Shown piece by piece: positions 41,032 through 50,243 of a DNA stretch of 60,004 bases; the first letter of the stretch is position 1; every line of letters begins with the position of its first letter. Below the pieces are notes generated by a model that saw only the letters and a program-made list of their open reading frames with translations, was not told the origin of the DNA and ran no database searches. Both the position numbers and the translations under genes were made by a program. The DNA comes from Gemmatimonadota bacterium (lineage in GTDB: Bacteria; Gemmatimonadota; Gemmatimonadetes; Gemmatimonadales; GWC2-71-9), in NCBI GenBank assembly GCA_039591655.1, contig JBDHDE010000010.1, forward strand, positions 1 through 60,004, read 5' to 3'.

Positions 41032-42225
41032 ATGCAAGGCTACATCTACCCCAACGAGTTCGAGCTCCAGTGGGGCATGCTGATCGTGCTGTACCCGTAC
41101 GTGACGGGGCTGGTGGCGGGAGCTTTCATCCTGGCGTCGCTCGAGCGGGTGTTCAACGTCAAGGAGATCCAGCCGACCTACCGGCTGTCCCTCCTCACCG
41201 CGCTGGCGTTCCTCTTGGTGGCGCCCCTGCCGCTCCTGGCTCACCTGGGGCATCCGGAGCGGTCCTACGAGATCTTCCTCACGCCGAACCGCCAATCGGC
41301 CATGGCGATGTTCGGCTTCATCTACGCATGGTACCTCGCGGTGGTGCTGTTGTTGGAGATCTGGTTCGACTACCGCAAGGACATGGTGCTGTGGGCGCGC
41401 TCGTCACGCGGGTGGAGGCGGTGGCTCTACTACGGACTCACGCTCGGCTCTACGGATATCTCGGAGCGATCCCTGCGATTCGACGACGGCGCCGGCCGGT
41501 GGATCACGATCGTAGGCATTCCGTCGGCCTTTCTGTTGCACGGCTATGTCGGTTTCATCTTCGGGTCGGTGAAGGCCAACCCCTGGTGGAGCAGCGTGCT
41601 CATGCCGGTGGTGTTCCTCTTCTCCGCCATGGTATCGGGCATCGCCCTGGTGTTGGTCCTGTACGTGGTCATCACGATGTTCCGGTGGCTCAAGGTGAAC
41701 ATGGCTTGCCTCGACAAGCTCGCGCAGTACCTGTTCTACGCGCTTGTGGTGGATTTTTCGCTGGAGGCCCTGGACTTCATTCACCGGCTCTACGAGTCCG
41801 AGGAATCCATCGAGATCCTGACTCGCCTCATCGAGAGCCGACTGTTTATCAGCTTGATCGTGCTCCAGGTCCTGCTGGGTACGGTGATTCCCATGGTGGC
41901 GCTCGCGCTGGTCTCGCCGGGACTGCGGAAGGGTGGCATCCTGAGGACGCCGCCGGAGTTGCGGCAGCTCATCTACATCACGGCGGCGGTGTTCATCCAG
42001 ATCGGGATCTTCAGCATCCGCTGGAACGTGGTCATTGGGGGGCAGCTCTTCTCCAAGAGTCTGCGGGGCCTGACGGTGTATGTGGTCGAGCTGATGGGGA
42101 TCGAGGGCCTGGCGATGACAGTGGGACTCCTCTTCCTACCATTTGTGATTCTCTGGGTGCTGGTCAAGATCCTGCCGCCCTGGGGCGAGCAGGAGGCGCG
42201 GGAAGCACCGCCAGCCGTTGCATAG
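41032..42225 (+). CDS. NrfD/PsrC-family integral membrane quinol-interacting subunit
   Basis: W..LIVLYPY.TGLVAG, HLGHPER, HGYVGFIFG, RWNVVIGGQ; multiple TM helices. Confidence 0.9.
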   Translation: MQGYIYPNEFELQWGMLIVLYPYVTGLVAGAFILASLERVFNVKEIQPTYRLSLLTALAFLLVAPLPLLAHLGHPERSYEIFLTPNRQSAMAMFGFIYAWYLAVVLLLEIWFDYRKDMVLWARSSRGWRRWLYYGLTLGSTDISERSLRFDDGAGRWITIVGIPSAFLLHGYVGFIFGSVKANPWWSSVLMPVVFLFSAMVSGIALVLVLYVVITMFRWLKVNMACLDKLAQYLFYALVVDFSLEALDFIHRLYESEESIEILTRLIESRLFISLIVLQVLLGTVIPMVALALVSPGLRKGGILRTPPELRQLIYITAAVFIQIGIFSIRWNVVIGGQLFSKSLRGLTVYVVELMGIEGLAMTVGLLFLPFVILWVLVKILPPWGEQEAREAPPAVA

Positions 42226-42309
42226 TTCTCGGGTTCGGGTCGGGGACGGGCGTCTGCGGAATCTGGACTGCCTGCGGTGCGGGACTCTGACGCTTGAGCG
42301 AGGATTGCC

Positions 42310-42732
42310 ATGATGCGGATCAGTGAGCGAATCAGCGAGGCGCTGAGCGGCGTCAGGTGCCCTGGCTGCGGCAAGTTCGTCAAGCCCACGCTCCCGACCG
42401 GCAGCGCGGAGGACACGGCTCAAGACGGCGGACGGTGGTCGTTCGTCTGGCGGGCGCCGTCTGGGGAAGTTTGCCCGGAATGCGGTTTTCCCCTGGCTCG
42501 CTACGCCAGGCGGTACAAGTGGATCCAGACGTTCAGCGCGGGGGTCGTGCTGCTGACGGTCTCCTTCCTGCTCTACGTGCTGGCCAAGATGACCGAGCTC
42601 CCGGGGTGGTACAGCTGGGCACTGCGGGCCATGGCCGCAGCAGGCCTCCTCACCTTCTTCATCGGTCTGGTCGGTCTGGTCGTCGGCGGCCGGAGCGGTC
42701 CCGGCTCGAGCGGCCCGTCGGGTGCATCATGA
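42310..42732 (+). CDS. Small membrane protein with two CxxC motifs
   Basis: CPGC...CPEC, then two TM helices; ATGA-coupled to the next gene. Confidence 0.7.
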   Translation: MMRISERISEALSGVRCPGCGKFVKPTLPTGSAEDTAQDGGRWSFVWRAPSGEVCPECGFPLARYARRYKWIQTFSAGVVLLTVSFLLYVLAKMTELPGWYSWALRAMAAAGLLTFFIGLVGLVVGGRSGPGSSGPSGAS

Positions 42733-43271
42733 AGGATCAGTTCTGGAGTCGGCGCCCGACGGGGCAACTGTCCCGGCGGCTCTCCCTCGGGCTCGCCGTG
42801 GTGCTCCTCGTGGCGGTGGCGGTGCCCCTCGTGGCCCTGCGCGGCACGGCGGTGCCACAGCCCATCGCCTTCAATCATCGCAAACATACTGAGGACCTCG
42901 GTCTCACGTGTCAGTTCTGCCACACCTACGTGAGCCGCGGCGCTCATGCCGGGCTGCCGGATGCCCGGACGTGCTCCATGTGCCACACGGCGCCCCAAGG
43001 CACGTCGGAGGAGGCAGCGCGGGTCACTGAGCTCATCGAACAAGGTGACCCTCTGCGGTTCAACAAGCTGTTTCGCCTCGCTCCACACGTGTTCTATACG
43101 CACCGTCGCCATGTGGAGCTGGCCGGACTCGAGTGTGCAACCTGCCACGGTGATATTGCCGCGACTGAGCGGCCGCCGAAACGCCCGCTGGTAGAGATCA
43201 CCATGGATTTCTGTATGGACTGCCACCGCGAGCAGGGGCAAACGCTCGACTGTAACGCATGCCATCGCTAG
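42729..43271 (+). CDS. Membrane-anchored pentaheme cytochrome c (QrcA/ActA-like)
   Basis: QPIAFNH..H, 5 CXXCH, MDFCMDCH, ends CNACHR. Confidence 0.88.
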   Translation: MKDQFWSRRPTGQLSRRLSLGLAVVLLVAVAVPLVALRGTAVPQPIAFNHRKHTEDLGLTCQFCHTYVSRGAHAGLPDARTCSMCHTAPQGTSEEAARVTELIEQGDPLRFNKLFRLAPHVFYTHRRHVELAGLECATCHGDIAATERPPKRPLVEITMDFCMDCHREQGQTLDCNACHR

Positions 43272-43287
43272 CGAGAGGAACAGCGGC

Positions 43288-45651
43288 ATGACACCGACTC
43301 GGCGCGAGTTCGTTTGGACGATGGGGGCTGCCGCGACACTGGCACTCCAGGAGACGAGGGACGTCTTCTGGACGACAGAGAGCGGTGATGAAGACCTGGG
43401 CTGGGCACCCGGCCTCGAGGAGCGTCACAACTCGACATGTCTCATCTGCCCCTCACGGTGTGGGATCAGGGCCCGAGTGGTGGACGGCCGCCTCGTCAGG
43501 ATCATGGGAAACCCGCTCCACCCGATGAGCCGCGGCGGGGTCTGTCCGCGGGGCCTGGCTGGGGTCCAGATGCTGTATCACCCGGAGCGTCTTGCGGGGC
43601 CGCTGATCCGTGTCGGTCCCCGCGGTGGGGGACAGTGGCAGCCCGTGTCGCACGATGGGGCGATCGCTCTCATCGTGGAGCGGCTCCAGGATCTGCGCGC
43701 TGCCGGGCGGCCGGAGGCGGTGGCGCTGGTGGCGGGGTATTGCGCCGGTACGATGCGGGATCTCTGGCGCCAGTTCCTCCAGGCGTACGGATCACCCAAC
43801 TATGTGCCCGACGAGTACGACGACGGGACCGACGCGATCACGGCGCTCATGCACGGCATCCCGCGTCGCCCGGGCTACGACCTGGAACGGGCCGACCTGG
43901 TGCTGTCCGTCGGTGCCCCCCTGTTCGAGTCATGGTGGGCGCCGCTGCAGGCGTTCGTGGCCTACGCCAGTCCCGACGGGAGCGATGTAGGCCGGAGCCG
44001 GTTCATCCAGGTTGACACTCGCTTCTCCCGCACTGCGTCGCGAGCCCACGATTGGATAGGCATTCGTCCTGGCACGCATGCCGTTCTCGCGCTCGGCATT
44101 GCCTACGTGCTGCTGAGGGACGAGCTGTTCGATGCCAGGTTCCTGGCCGAGCACGTCTCCGGCTTCCATGATGCCGTCGACGAGCGCGGTCGGATGCGGG
44201 AGGGTTACCGGTCACTGGTGATGCGCAACTACCGGACTGAGGAAGTCTCGGCGATCACGGGTGTGCCGGTCGAGCGGATCACCCAGCTGGCCCGGGAGCT
44301 CGCCCGGAGTCGCGCACCCGTTGTCGTGTGCGGTCCGGATGTGACGCTGGCGCCGAACGGCCTCCTCGCCGGATTGGCGGTGCACAGTCTCAACGTGTTG
44401 CTGGGGAGTGTCAACCGTCCGGGGGGCGTGCTGTTTGAGGACGATCCTCCGCTCGCTCCGCTCCCGGTGCCGGAGCTGGACGAGACCGGCCGTGCCGGCC
44501 TCGAGCGGGCCCCGGTTGGCGGCGCACCACCACCCTTCGGTGCCGGGGATCCAGCCGCTCGTTTCGTCGAGGCGATCGCCGCTGGTACCAGTCCGGAGGT
44601 CGAAGCGCTGTTCCTGTATTATGCCGATCCCCTGGCCTCATCGAGACATCCGGAGGCCTGGAGGGCGGCGTTGGCGGAGCTGCCGTTCGTTGTCAGCTTT
44701 TCGCCGTTCCTCGATGAGACAACGCGGCACGCCGATCTCGTGCTGCCCGATCTGCTGCCATACGAGCGCTGGCAGGACGCGCCAGCACCGACCTCGTACC
44801 CCCATCGGGTGTGGGGTGTGGCGCGGCCGCTGGTGGAACCACATCCCGGCGGGATGCATACGGGCGACGCGGTGTTGGCCATGGCGCGCGGCTTGGGCGG
44901 CAGCATCGCGCAGAGCCTTCCCCACGAGAGCTTCGAGTCGCTGCTCAAGGCGCGCGCACGCGGCCTCTTCTCAGCTGGTCACGGCATGACGCTGGGTGGC
45001 GAATTCGAGCGGCGGCACCATCGCCAGATGGAGGAGCGCGGCTGGTGGCTGCCGGTGCACGACGACTTCGAGGAGTTCTGGGATGAGTTGGTTGAGCGCG
45101 GCGGTTGGACGGATCTGTTCTACGACAACACGGACCCTTCCCGCACCGCTCAGACGCCCAGCGGGCGGATCGAGCTGATGCCGGCCGTGCTCCTGCGGGA
45201 GCTCGCTGCGGAGGGTGGAGTCCGGAGGCCGTATGTCGATGTGGCGACGCAAGACGCGGCCGCTGAGGACGAGTTCCCGCTCCGGCTCATCCCGTATCGC
45301 GTCTCGACGCTGGCGTCTGGCACACTGGCGTTTGAACGATGGCTCGTGGAGCAACCCGGCCTCTTCCCCGACGTCCTTTGGGCTCCGTGGGTGGAGGTAT
45401 CCCCCGCCACGGCCGAGGCCATGGGGTTCGCCGACGGCACGATGGTGTGGGTGACCTCGCGCCGAGGCAGGTATCGCGCGCGCCTCAAGGTCTTTCCGGG
45501 TACCGCCCCGGAGAACGTGTGTGCGCCCTACCGGTTGCAGTTACCCGACGGAGAGGTGGCCAACCCCCTCCGGCTGCTCGAGCCGTCGAGCGATCCGCTG
45601 ACGGGATTGTCGAGCTGGTTTTCCACCTTCATACGCCTCGAAAGGGCGTGA
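43288..45651 (+). CDS. Tat-exported molybdopterin-oxidoreductase-family subunit (QrcB/ActB1-like)
   Basis: TRREF; CLICPSRC...GNP.HP...CPRG; GSPN; FLDETT..ADLVLP; C-terminal MGD-binding-like domain. Confidence 0.88.
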   Translation: MTPTRREFVWTMGAAATLALQETRDVFWTTESGDEDLGWAPGLEERHNSTCLICPSRCGIRARVVDGRLVRIMGNPLHPMSRGGVCPRGLAGVQMLYHPERLAGPLIRVGPRGGGQWQPVSHDGAIALIVERLQDLRAAGRPEAVALVAGYCAGTMRDLWRQFLQAYGSPNYVPDEYDDGTDAITALMHGIPRRPGYDLERADLVLSVGAPLFESWWAPLQAFVAYASPDGSDVGRSRFIQVDTRFSRTASRAHDWIGIRPGTHAVLALGIAYVLLRDELFDARFLAEHVSGFHDAVDERGRMREGYRSLVMRNYRTEEVSAITGVPVERITQLARELARSRAPVVVCGPDVTLAPNGLLAGLAVHSLNVLLGSVNRPGGVLFEDDPPLAPLPVPELDETGRAGLERAPVGGAPPPFGAGDPAARFVEAIAAGTSPEVEALFLYYADPLASSRHPEAWRAALAELPFVVSFSPFLDETTRHADLVLPDLLPYERWQDAPAPTSYPHRVWGVARPLVEPHPGGMHTGDAVLAMARGLGGSIAQSLPHESFESLLKARARGLFSAGHGMTLGGEFERRHHRQMEERGWWLPVHDDFEEFWDELVERGGWTDLFYDNTDPSRTAQTPSGRIELMPAVLLRELAAEGGVRRPYVDVATQDAAAEDEFPLRLIPYRVSTLASGTLAFERWLVEQPGLFPDVLWAPWVEVSPATAEAMGFADGTMVWVTSRRGRYRARLKVFPGTAPENVCAPYRLQLPDGEVANPLRLLEPSSDPLTGLSSWFSTFIRLERA

Positions 45652-45665
45652 GGGGTTCGGGAGCG

Positions 45666-46349
45666 ATGACCCGCTGGGGAATGGTGATCGACCTCGACCG
45701 CTGCACGGGCTGTGCGGCGTGCGAGGTCGCGTGCAAGAGCGAGAACAACATCCCGACGGTTTCCCCCGAGCAGGCAGAGATGGGGCGCGCCATCAGCTGG
45801 ATGAAGGTCACGGCTCATGTGGAAGGAGAGTTCCCCCACACAGACATGCACTTCTACCCTCGTCCCTGCATGCACTGCGACAATCCACCGTGCATCAAGG
45901 TGTGTCCGGTGGAGGCGACCTACATCAGCGATGAGGGGGTCGTCGGCCAGATCTACCCGCGCTGCATTGGATGCCGCTACTGCGCCAACGCATGTCCTTA
46001 CCTGGTCAAGTACTTCAACTGGTACGGGCCCGAGTGGCCGGATCCCGAGCAGCAGTACCTGAATCCAGATGTTTCGGTGCGGCCCAAGGGCGTCATCGAG
46101 AAGTGCACCTTCTGTCACCACCGGCTCCAACAGGCCCGGGAGGATGTCCGCGCCGAAGGGCGCGAACTGCGGGAAGACGACTACCAGCCGGCGTGCGCCG
46201 AGATATGCCCCACCGGCGCCATCGTGTTCGGTGACCTCGACGATCCGACACATCGGGTCGCCGATCTCAGGGAGGATCCACGGGTGATGCGGCTGATGGA
46301 GGATCTCGGAACGCAACCGAAGGTCTACTATCTGCGGGCGAGGGAGTGA
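45666..46349 (+). CDS. 4x[4Fe-4S] subunit (QrcC/ActB2-like)
   Basis: WGMVIDLDRCTGC, CMHCDNPPC, CIGCRYC, FNW, NPDVSVR.KGVIEKCTFC. Confidence 0.92.
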   Translation: MTRWGMVIDLDRCTGCAACEVACKSENNIPTVSPEQAEMGRAISWMKVTAHVEGEFPHTDMHFYPRPCMHCDNPPCIKVCPVEATYISDEGVVGQIYPRCIGCRYCANACPYLVKYFNWYGPEWPDPEQQYLNPDVSVRPKGVIEKCTFCHHRLQQAREDVRAEGRELREDDYQPACAEICPTGAIVFGDLDDPTHRVADLREDPRVMRLMEDLGTQPKVYYLRARE

Positions 46350-46350
46350 C

Positions 46351-47697
46351 ATGCGTGAGGACGTGAAGGCCAAGTTGGCCGGCATGGACCCTGACGAGCG
46401 GGTGCTCCTGCGACCGCTCGTCGAGACCTCGCGCAGGTTCTATGTCATAGCGGCCATTCTGGGTGCCGTTACGCTGTGGGGCGTCTTCGCCTACTTCCTG
46501 CAGGTCCGCTACGGTCTCGGCCGTACCGGACTGAATCGGCCCGGGTACTGGGGTATCTACATCATCTGCTTCGTGTTCTTCATCGGAATCAGTCACGCGG
46601 GCACGCTGATCTCCGCGATCCTTCGCGTCAGCAAGGCGGAATGGAGACGGGCCATCACCCGCTCGGCGGAGCTGATCACGGTGCTCGTGATCGGCTTCGG
46701 GGCGATCCAGCCGATCATCGACCTGGGGCGCCCCGACCGAGTGCTGAATGTGCTGTTCCATGCGCAGCTCAGCTCGCCACTGCTGTGGGATGTGATCAGT
46801 ATCGGACTCTACTTCACCGCCTGTACGATCTACCTCTACGTCCCGTTGATACCGGACCTCGCAATCATTCGTGATTCGGGTATCAAGGCTCCTCGCCTCT
46901 ACAGGCTCCTGGCCATCGGCTACCGGGGCACGCCCGTGCAGCGCTGGCGACTCGAGCGCGCCATCGGCGTTCTGTCGATCGTCGTCATCCCCATTGCGGT
47001 GTCGGTGCACACTGTCATCGGTTGGATCTTCGCCATGACACTGCGACCGATGTGGCACAGCACCATATTCGGACCGTACTTCGTCATGGGAGCGATCTAC
47101 TCCGGGATCGCGGCGATCCTAATCGCGATGGTGATACTGCGGCGGGCGTTTGGCCTAGAGGATTACTTCAAGGATATTCACTTCGACTACCTGGGGCGCC
47201 TGCTGCTTGTGTTCAGCGTGCTGTGGTTCTACTTCACGTTCGCGGAGTATCTGACGGCGTTCTATGGAGGCGAACCGGGCGAAATGCGCACCTTCTGGGC
47301 GAAGCTCACCGGGCCGTTCGCAATACCGTTCTGGACCATGGTTGCGGGGTGCTTTGTGATCCCGCTGACCCTCATGGCGCGGCCGTCGACCCGGACCCCC
47401 CGCGGCACGCTGATCGCCGGGATTGCCGTGGTGATCGGCATGTGGCTCGAACGGTACAACATTGTGGTCCCGACGTCCGTCAATCCGCGCTGGGAGGTCG
47501 AGTCCATCGGTCACTATCTGCCGTCGTGGATCGAGCTCTCTATCATGTCCGCTACCTTCTCTGGATTCATTCTGCTGTACATGATCGCCACCAAGTTCGT
47601 GCCCATCGTGTCGATCTGGGAGATAAAGGAGGGGCGAGAGGCGGTGAAGGAAGTTGCCGAGCGGGTGGCGAGGTACTCGAGTTCTGCTCAATACTAG
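46351..47697 (+). CDS. NrfD-family membrane subunit (QrcD/ActC-like)
   Basis: WGIYI..FVFFIGISHAGTLISA, ITR.AE, DLGRP, SPLLWD, SVHT, WHS, WLER. Confidence 0.92.
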   Translation: MREDVKAKLAGMDPDERVLLRPLVETSRRFYVIAAILGAVTLWGVFAYFLQVRYGLGRTGLNRPGYWGIYIICFVFFIGISHAGTLISAILRVSKAEWRRAITRSAELITVLVIGFGAIQPIIDLGRPDRVLNVLFHAQLSSPLLWDVISIGLYFTACTIYLYVPLIPDLAIIRDSGIKAPRLYRLLAIGYRGTPVQRWRLERAIGVLSIVVIPIAVSVHTVIGWIFAMTLRPMWHSTIFGPYFVMGAIYSGIAAILIAMVILRRAFGLEDYFKDIHFDYLGRLLLVFSVLWFYFTFAEYLTAFYGGEPGEMRTFWAKLTGPFAIPFWTMVAGCFVIPLTLMARPSTRTPRGTLIAGIAVVIGMWLERYNIVVPTSVNPRWEVESIGHYLPSWIELSIMSATFSGFILLYMIATKFVPIVSIWEIKEGREAVKEVAERVARYSSSAQY

Positions 47698-47716
47698 CCG
47701 TAGTGAGAGACGCATT

Positions 47717-48922
47717 ATGTCTGCCACGCGCTGTGTGAGACCTCAGCGGCTGCGGATCGTAGGGGTCCTGGGCTGGCTCAGCCTCGCCGCCGCGCCGACC
47801 GCCTGGGCGCAGTCGACTGAGCCGATCCCTGGCGACCCCATCGCCGGCCGGCGGATCTTCGTCGAGAGAGACTGTGTCCGGTGCCACGCCATCTGGGGAA
47901 ACGGCGGCACCCTCGGTCCCGACTTCGCGCTGGTCGGGGCCGGCCGGAGTCTGCAGCAGCTCGCGGGTATGTTCTGGAATCATACCCCGAGGATGATCGA
48001 GACCGTGCGGGAGAGAGGATTCCAGTGGACGACGTTCACGGAGGAGGAACTCGCTGACATCATCAGCTACATCTACTACGTGAAGCTGTTCGACGAGCCG
48101 GGGGACCCCACCCTCGGCGAGCGGTGGTACCAGGAGCAGCGCTGTAGGGAATGTCACGCGGTGGGTGGGGAAGGTGGGAATGGCGGCCCAGCCCTCGACG
48201 GCTACGCACGCTACGTCGCGCCGATCATGCTAGCTCAGGGGATGTGGAACCACTGGGCCAGTATGCGAGCCCGGTTGTCGGTGGAGCGGGTCCCGATGCC
48301 CACCTTCCTCGGGAGAGAGATGGCGGACATCCAGGCCTACATCCGGCGGCGCTCGACGCTGCGTGGACGCGACTTGGTGTTCCTCCCACCCCCGGACCCC
48401 AACACGGGTCGGGTGCTATTTGTGACCAAGGGGTGTACACGGTGCCACGGACCGGAGGGGAGTGGGACGGCGTTCGGGCCCGATCTCCGTATGGCGACCC
48501 AGCGACTTCGGGTCTCCGAGATCGCAGGGGCGCTGTGGAACCACGCGTCGCAGATGGCCCAAGTCATGCGCAGCCGGGGCATCACCTTTCCGCGGTTTCG
48601 AGGGACCGAGATGGCTGACGTGATCGCCTTTCTGTACTACCTGCGGTTCTATGAGACGGGTGGTGATGCGCAGAGAGGCGAGCTGCTCTATACGAGCAAG
48701 GGGTGCTCGAGCTGCCACGCGCGCGACGGTGAGTCCTCGGTTGGGCCCGATCTATCTCAGTCACGGGCGGTACTGACGCCCCTCGGGTTGGCAACGGCCA
48801 TGTGGGACCATGCTCCCGCAATGTACGACCTGGCGCAACTCCAGGATGCTGAGTGGCCGCTGTTTGAAGGCGACGAGATGCGGGATCTGTCGGTCTTTCT
48901 CAGGAGTCTCGTCGTCGAATGA
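47717..48922 (+). CDS. Secreted cytochrome c with four tandem monoheme domains
   Basis: Signal peptide; 4 CXXCH, each followed by GP.L and W(N/D)H...M. Confidence 0.88.
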   Translation: MSATRCVRPQRLRIVGVLGWLSLAAAPTAWAQSTEPIPGDPIAGRRIFVERDCVRCHAIWGNGGTLGPDFALVGAGRSLQQLAGMFWNHTPRMIETVRERGFQWTTFTEEELADIISYIYYVKLFDEPGDPTLGERWYQEQRCRECHAVGGEGGNGGPALDGYARYVAPIMLAQGMWNHWASMRARLSVERVPMPTFLGREMADIQAYIRRRSTLRGRDLVFLPPPDPNTGRVLFVTKGCTRCHGPEGSGTAFGPDLRMATQRLRVSEIAGALWNHASQMAQVMRSRGITFPRFRGTEMADVIAFLYYLRFYETGGDAQRGELLYTSKGCSSCHARDGESSVGPDLSQSRAVLTPLGLATAMWDHAPAMYDLAQLQDAEWPLFEGDEMRDLSVFLRSLVVE

Positions 48923-49064
48923 CGGGAGCCGGGTGGCGGCGACTTGCCAGCGGCTCCAGCTGAGAAGCGCCACCCTGCGATCGCGAGATGCACAGCAGCT
49001 TGAAGGACGGTGTTCTATGATCAGACAGTTCGCACACCGATTTGCAGCCGGCGAGAGAGCCACG

Positions 49065-50243
49065 ATGCGGGCGGTCTGCAGCGTTGTCCTGCTGCTTGGC
49101 TGGCCTCTCCAACCGCTGCTGCCGCAGGTACCCGGGGGAACGGGTCAAAGCGTGCTGGCCGGCTCTCGACTCTTCGGAACCATGGGGTGTGCCGGCTGTC
49201 ACGCGATCGACGGTGTTGGGGGCACCGTGGGCCCCGACCTGGGGCGGTCGTCCGAAGCTCGGTCTTACTACGGGTTCGCCGCCGCGATGTGGAATCACCT
49301 CCCCCAGATGGCGCAGCGGATGGATGCCCTCGGGGTCACGCCACCGCGCCTGGACCCGTGGGAGGCCGGCGACCTGATTGCCTTTCTGGTCTGGCTCGAC
49401 TACTTCGACCCACCTGGCGATGTTGACGACGGCCAACTGCTCTTCACCGAGAAGAAGTGTGTGCTGTGCCACCAGGTCGCCGGTGTGGGCGGCGTCGCCG
49501 GCCCGGGCCTCGACTTCCTGAGCCAGTACGGGTCACCAATCCAGATCGCGACGGCGATGTGGAACCATGGCGGGGCGATGACCGAGGCGATGCGGACCGA
49601 GGGGATCGAACGTCCCTCTTTCACCAGCTCCGAGCTGACCGATCTCATCGCGTACCTCGAGTCGTGGTCGCCGACGATGCCGACGGGACCGCTGTATGTA
49701 CTGCCGGGTCGCCCGGACGAGGGACGCCAGCGCTTCGTGGACCGGGGCTGTAGCCAGTGCCACGGCGTCAAGGGGGAGACTGGCATGTTGGCGCCGGACC
49801 TGGGTAGAATGGGGCGGCACGAGAGCCTGATCGAGTTCGCTACCGCGATGTGGAACAAGGCGCCCACCATGATCGAGGCGATCCAGCGGAGGGGAATCGT
49901 GGTCCCCAGGCTCAGCGCCGGGGACATGGCCGATATCGTGGCCTACCTCTCCTCGGTTCGGTATTTTGGCGAGGCCGGTAATGCCGTGAGAGGGGCACGA
50001 CGCGCTCGGCAGAAGGGGTGCGTGGAATGCCATTCGGTGGGAGGATCGGGAGGCGAAGTGGCCGGCGATCTCGCCGAGGCTCAGGGACTCGACTCGCCCG
50101 CCGCGGTCGTTGCAGCGTTGTGGAACCACGCGCTGACGATGGCAGACGACATCGGGGAGCGCGCTGGTTCCTGGTCGACCTTCAGCACCATCGAGATGGC
50201 GGACTTGGCCGCATTCCTCCAGACCACGGGGCAGGCCCGATGA
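49065..50243 (+). CDS. Secreted cytochrome c with four tandem monoheme domains (paralog)
   Basis: 4 CXXCH with WN(H/K)...M repeats; start may be 49017. Confidence 0.88.
   Translation: MRAVCSVVLLLGWPLQPLLPQVPGGTGQSVLAGSRLFGTMGCAGCHAIDGVGGTVGPDLGRSSEARSYYGFAAAMWNHLPQMAQRMDALGVTPPRLDPWEAGDLIAFLVWLDYFDPPGDVDDGQLLFTEKKCVLCHQVAGVGGVAGPGLDFLSQYGSPIQIATAMWNHGGAMTEAMRTEGIERPSFTSSELTDLIAYLESWSPTMPTGPLYVLPGRPDEGRQRFVDRGCSQCHGVKGETGMLAPDLGRMGRHESLIEFATAMWNKAPTMIEAIQRRGIVVPRLSAGDMADIVAYLSSVRYFGEAGNAVRGARRARQKGCVECHSVGGSGGEVAGDLAEAQGLDSPAAVVAALWNHALTMADDIGERAGSWSTFSTIEMADLAAFLQTTGQAR

Noticed and set aside
42729..47697. Calling this module a complete alternative complex III or a specific Mo reductase (Psr/Ttr/Arr)
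   Set aside because: No ActD/E/F genes, B1 and B2 are separate, and no clear Mo ligand is visible.
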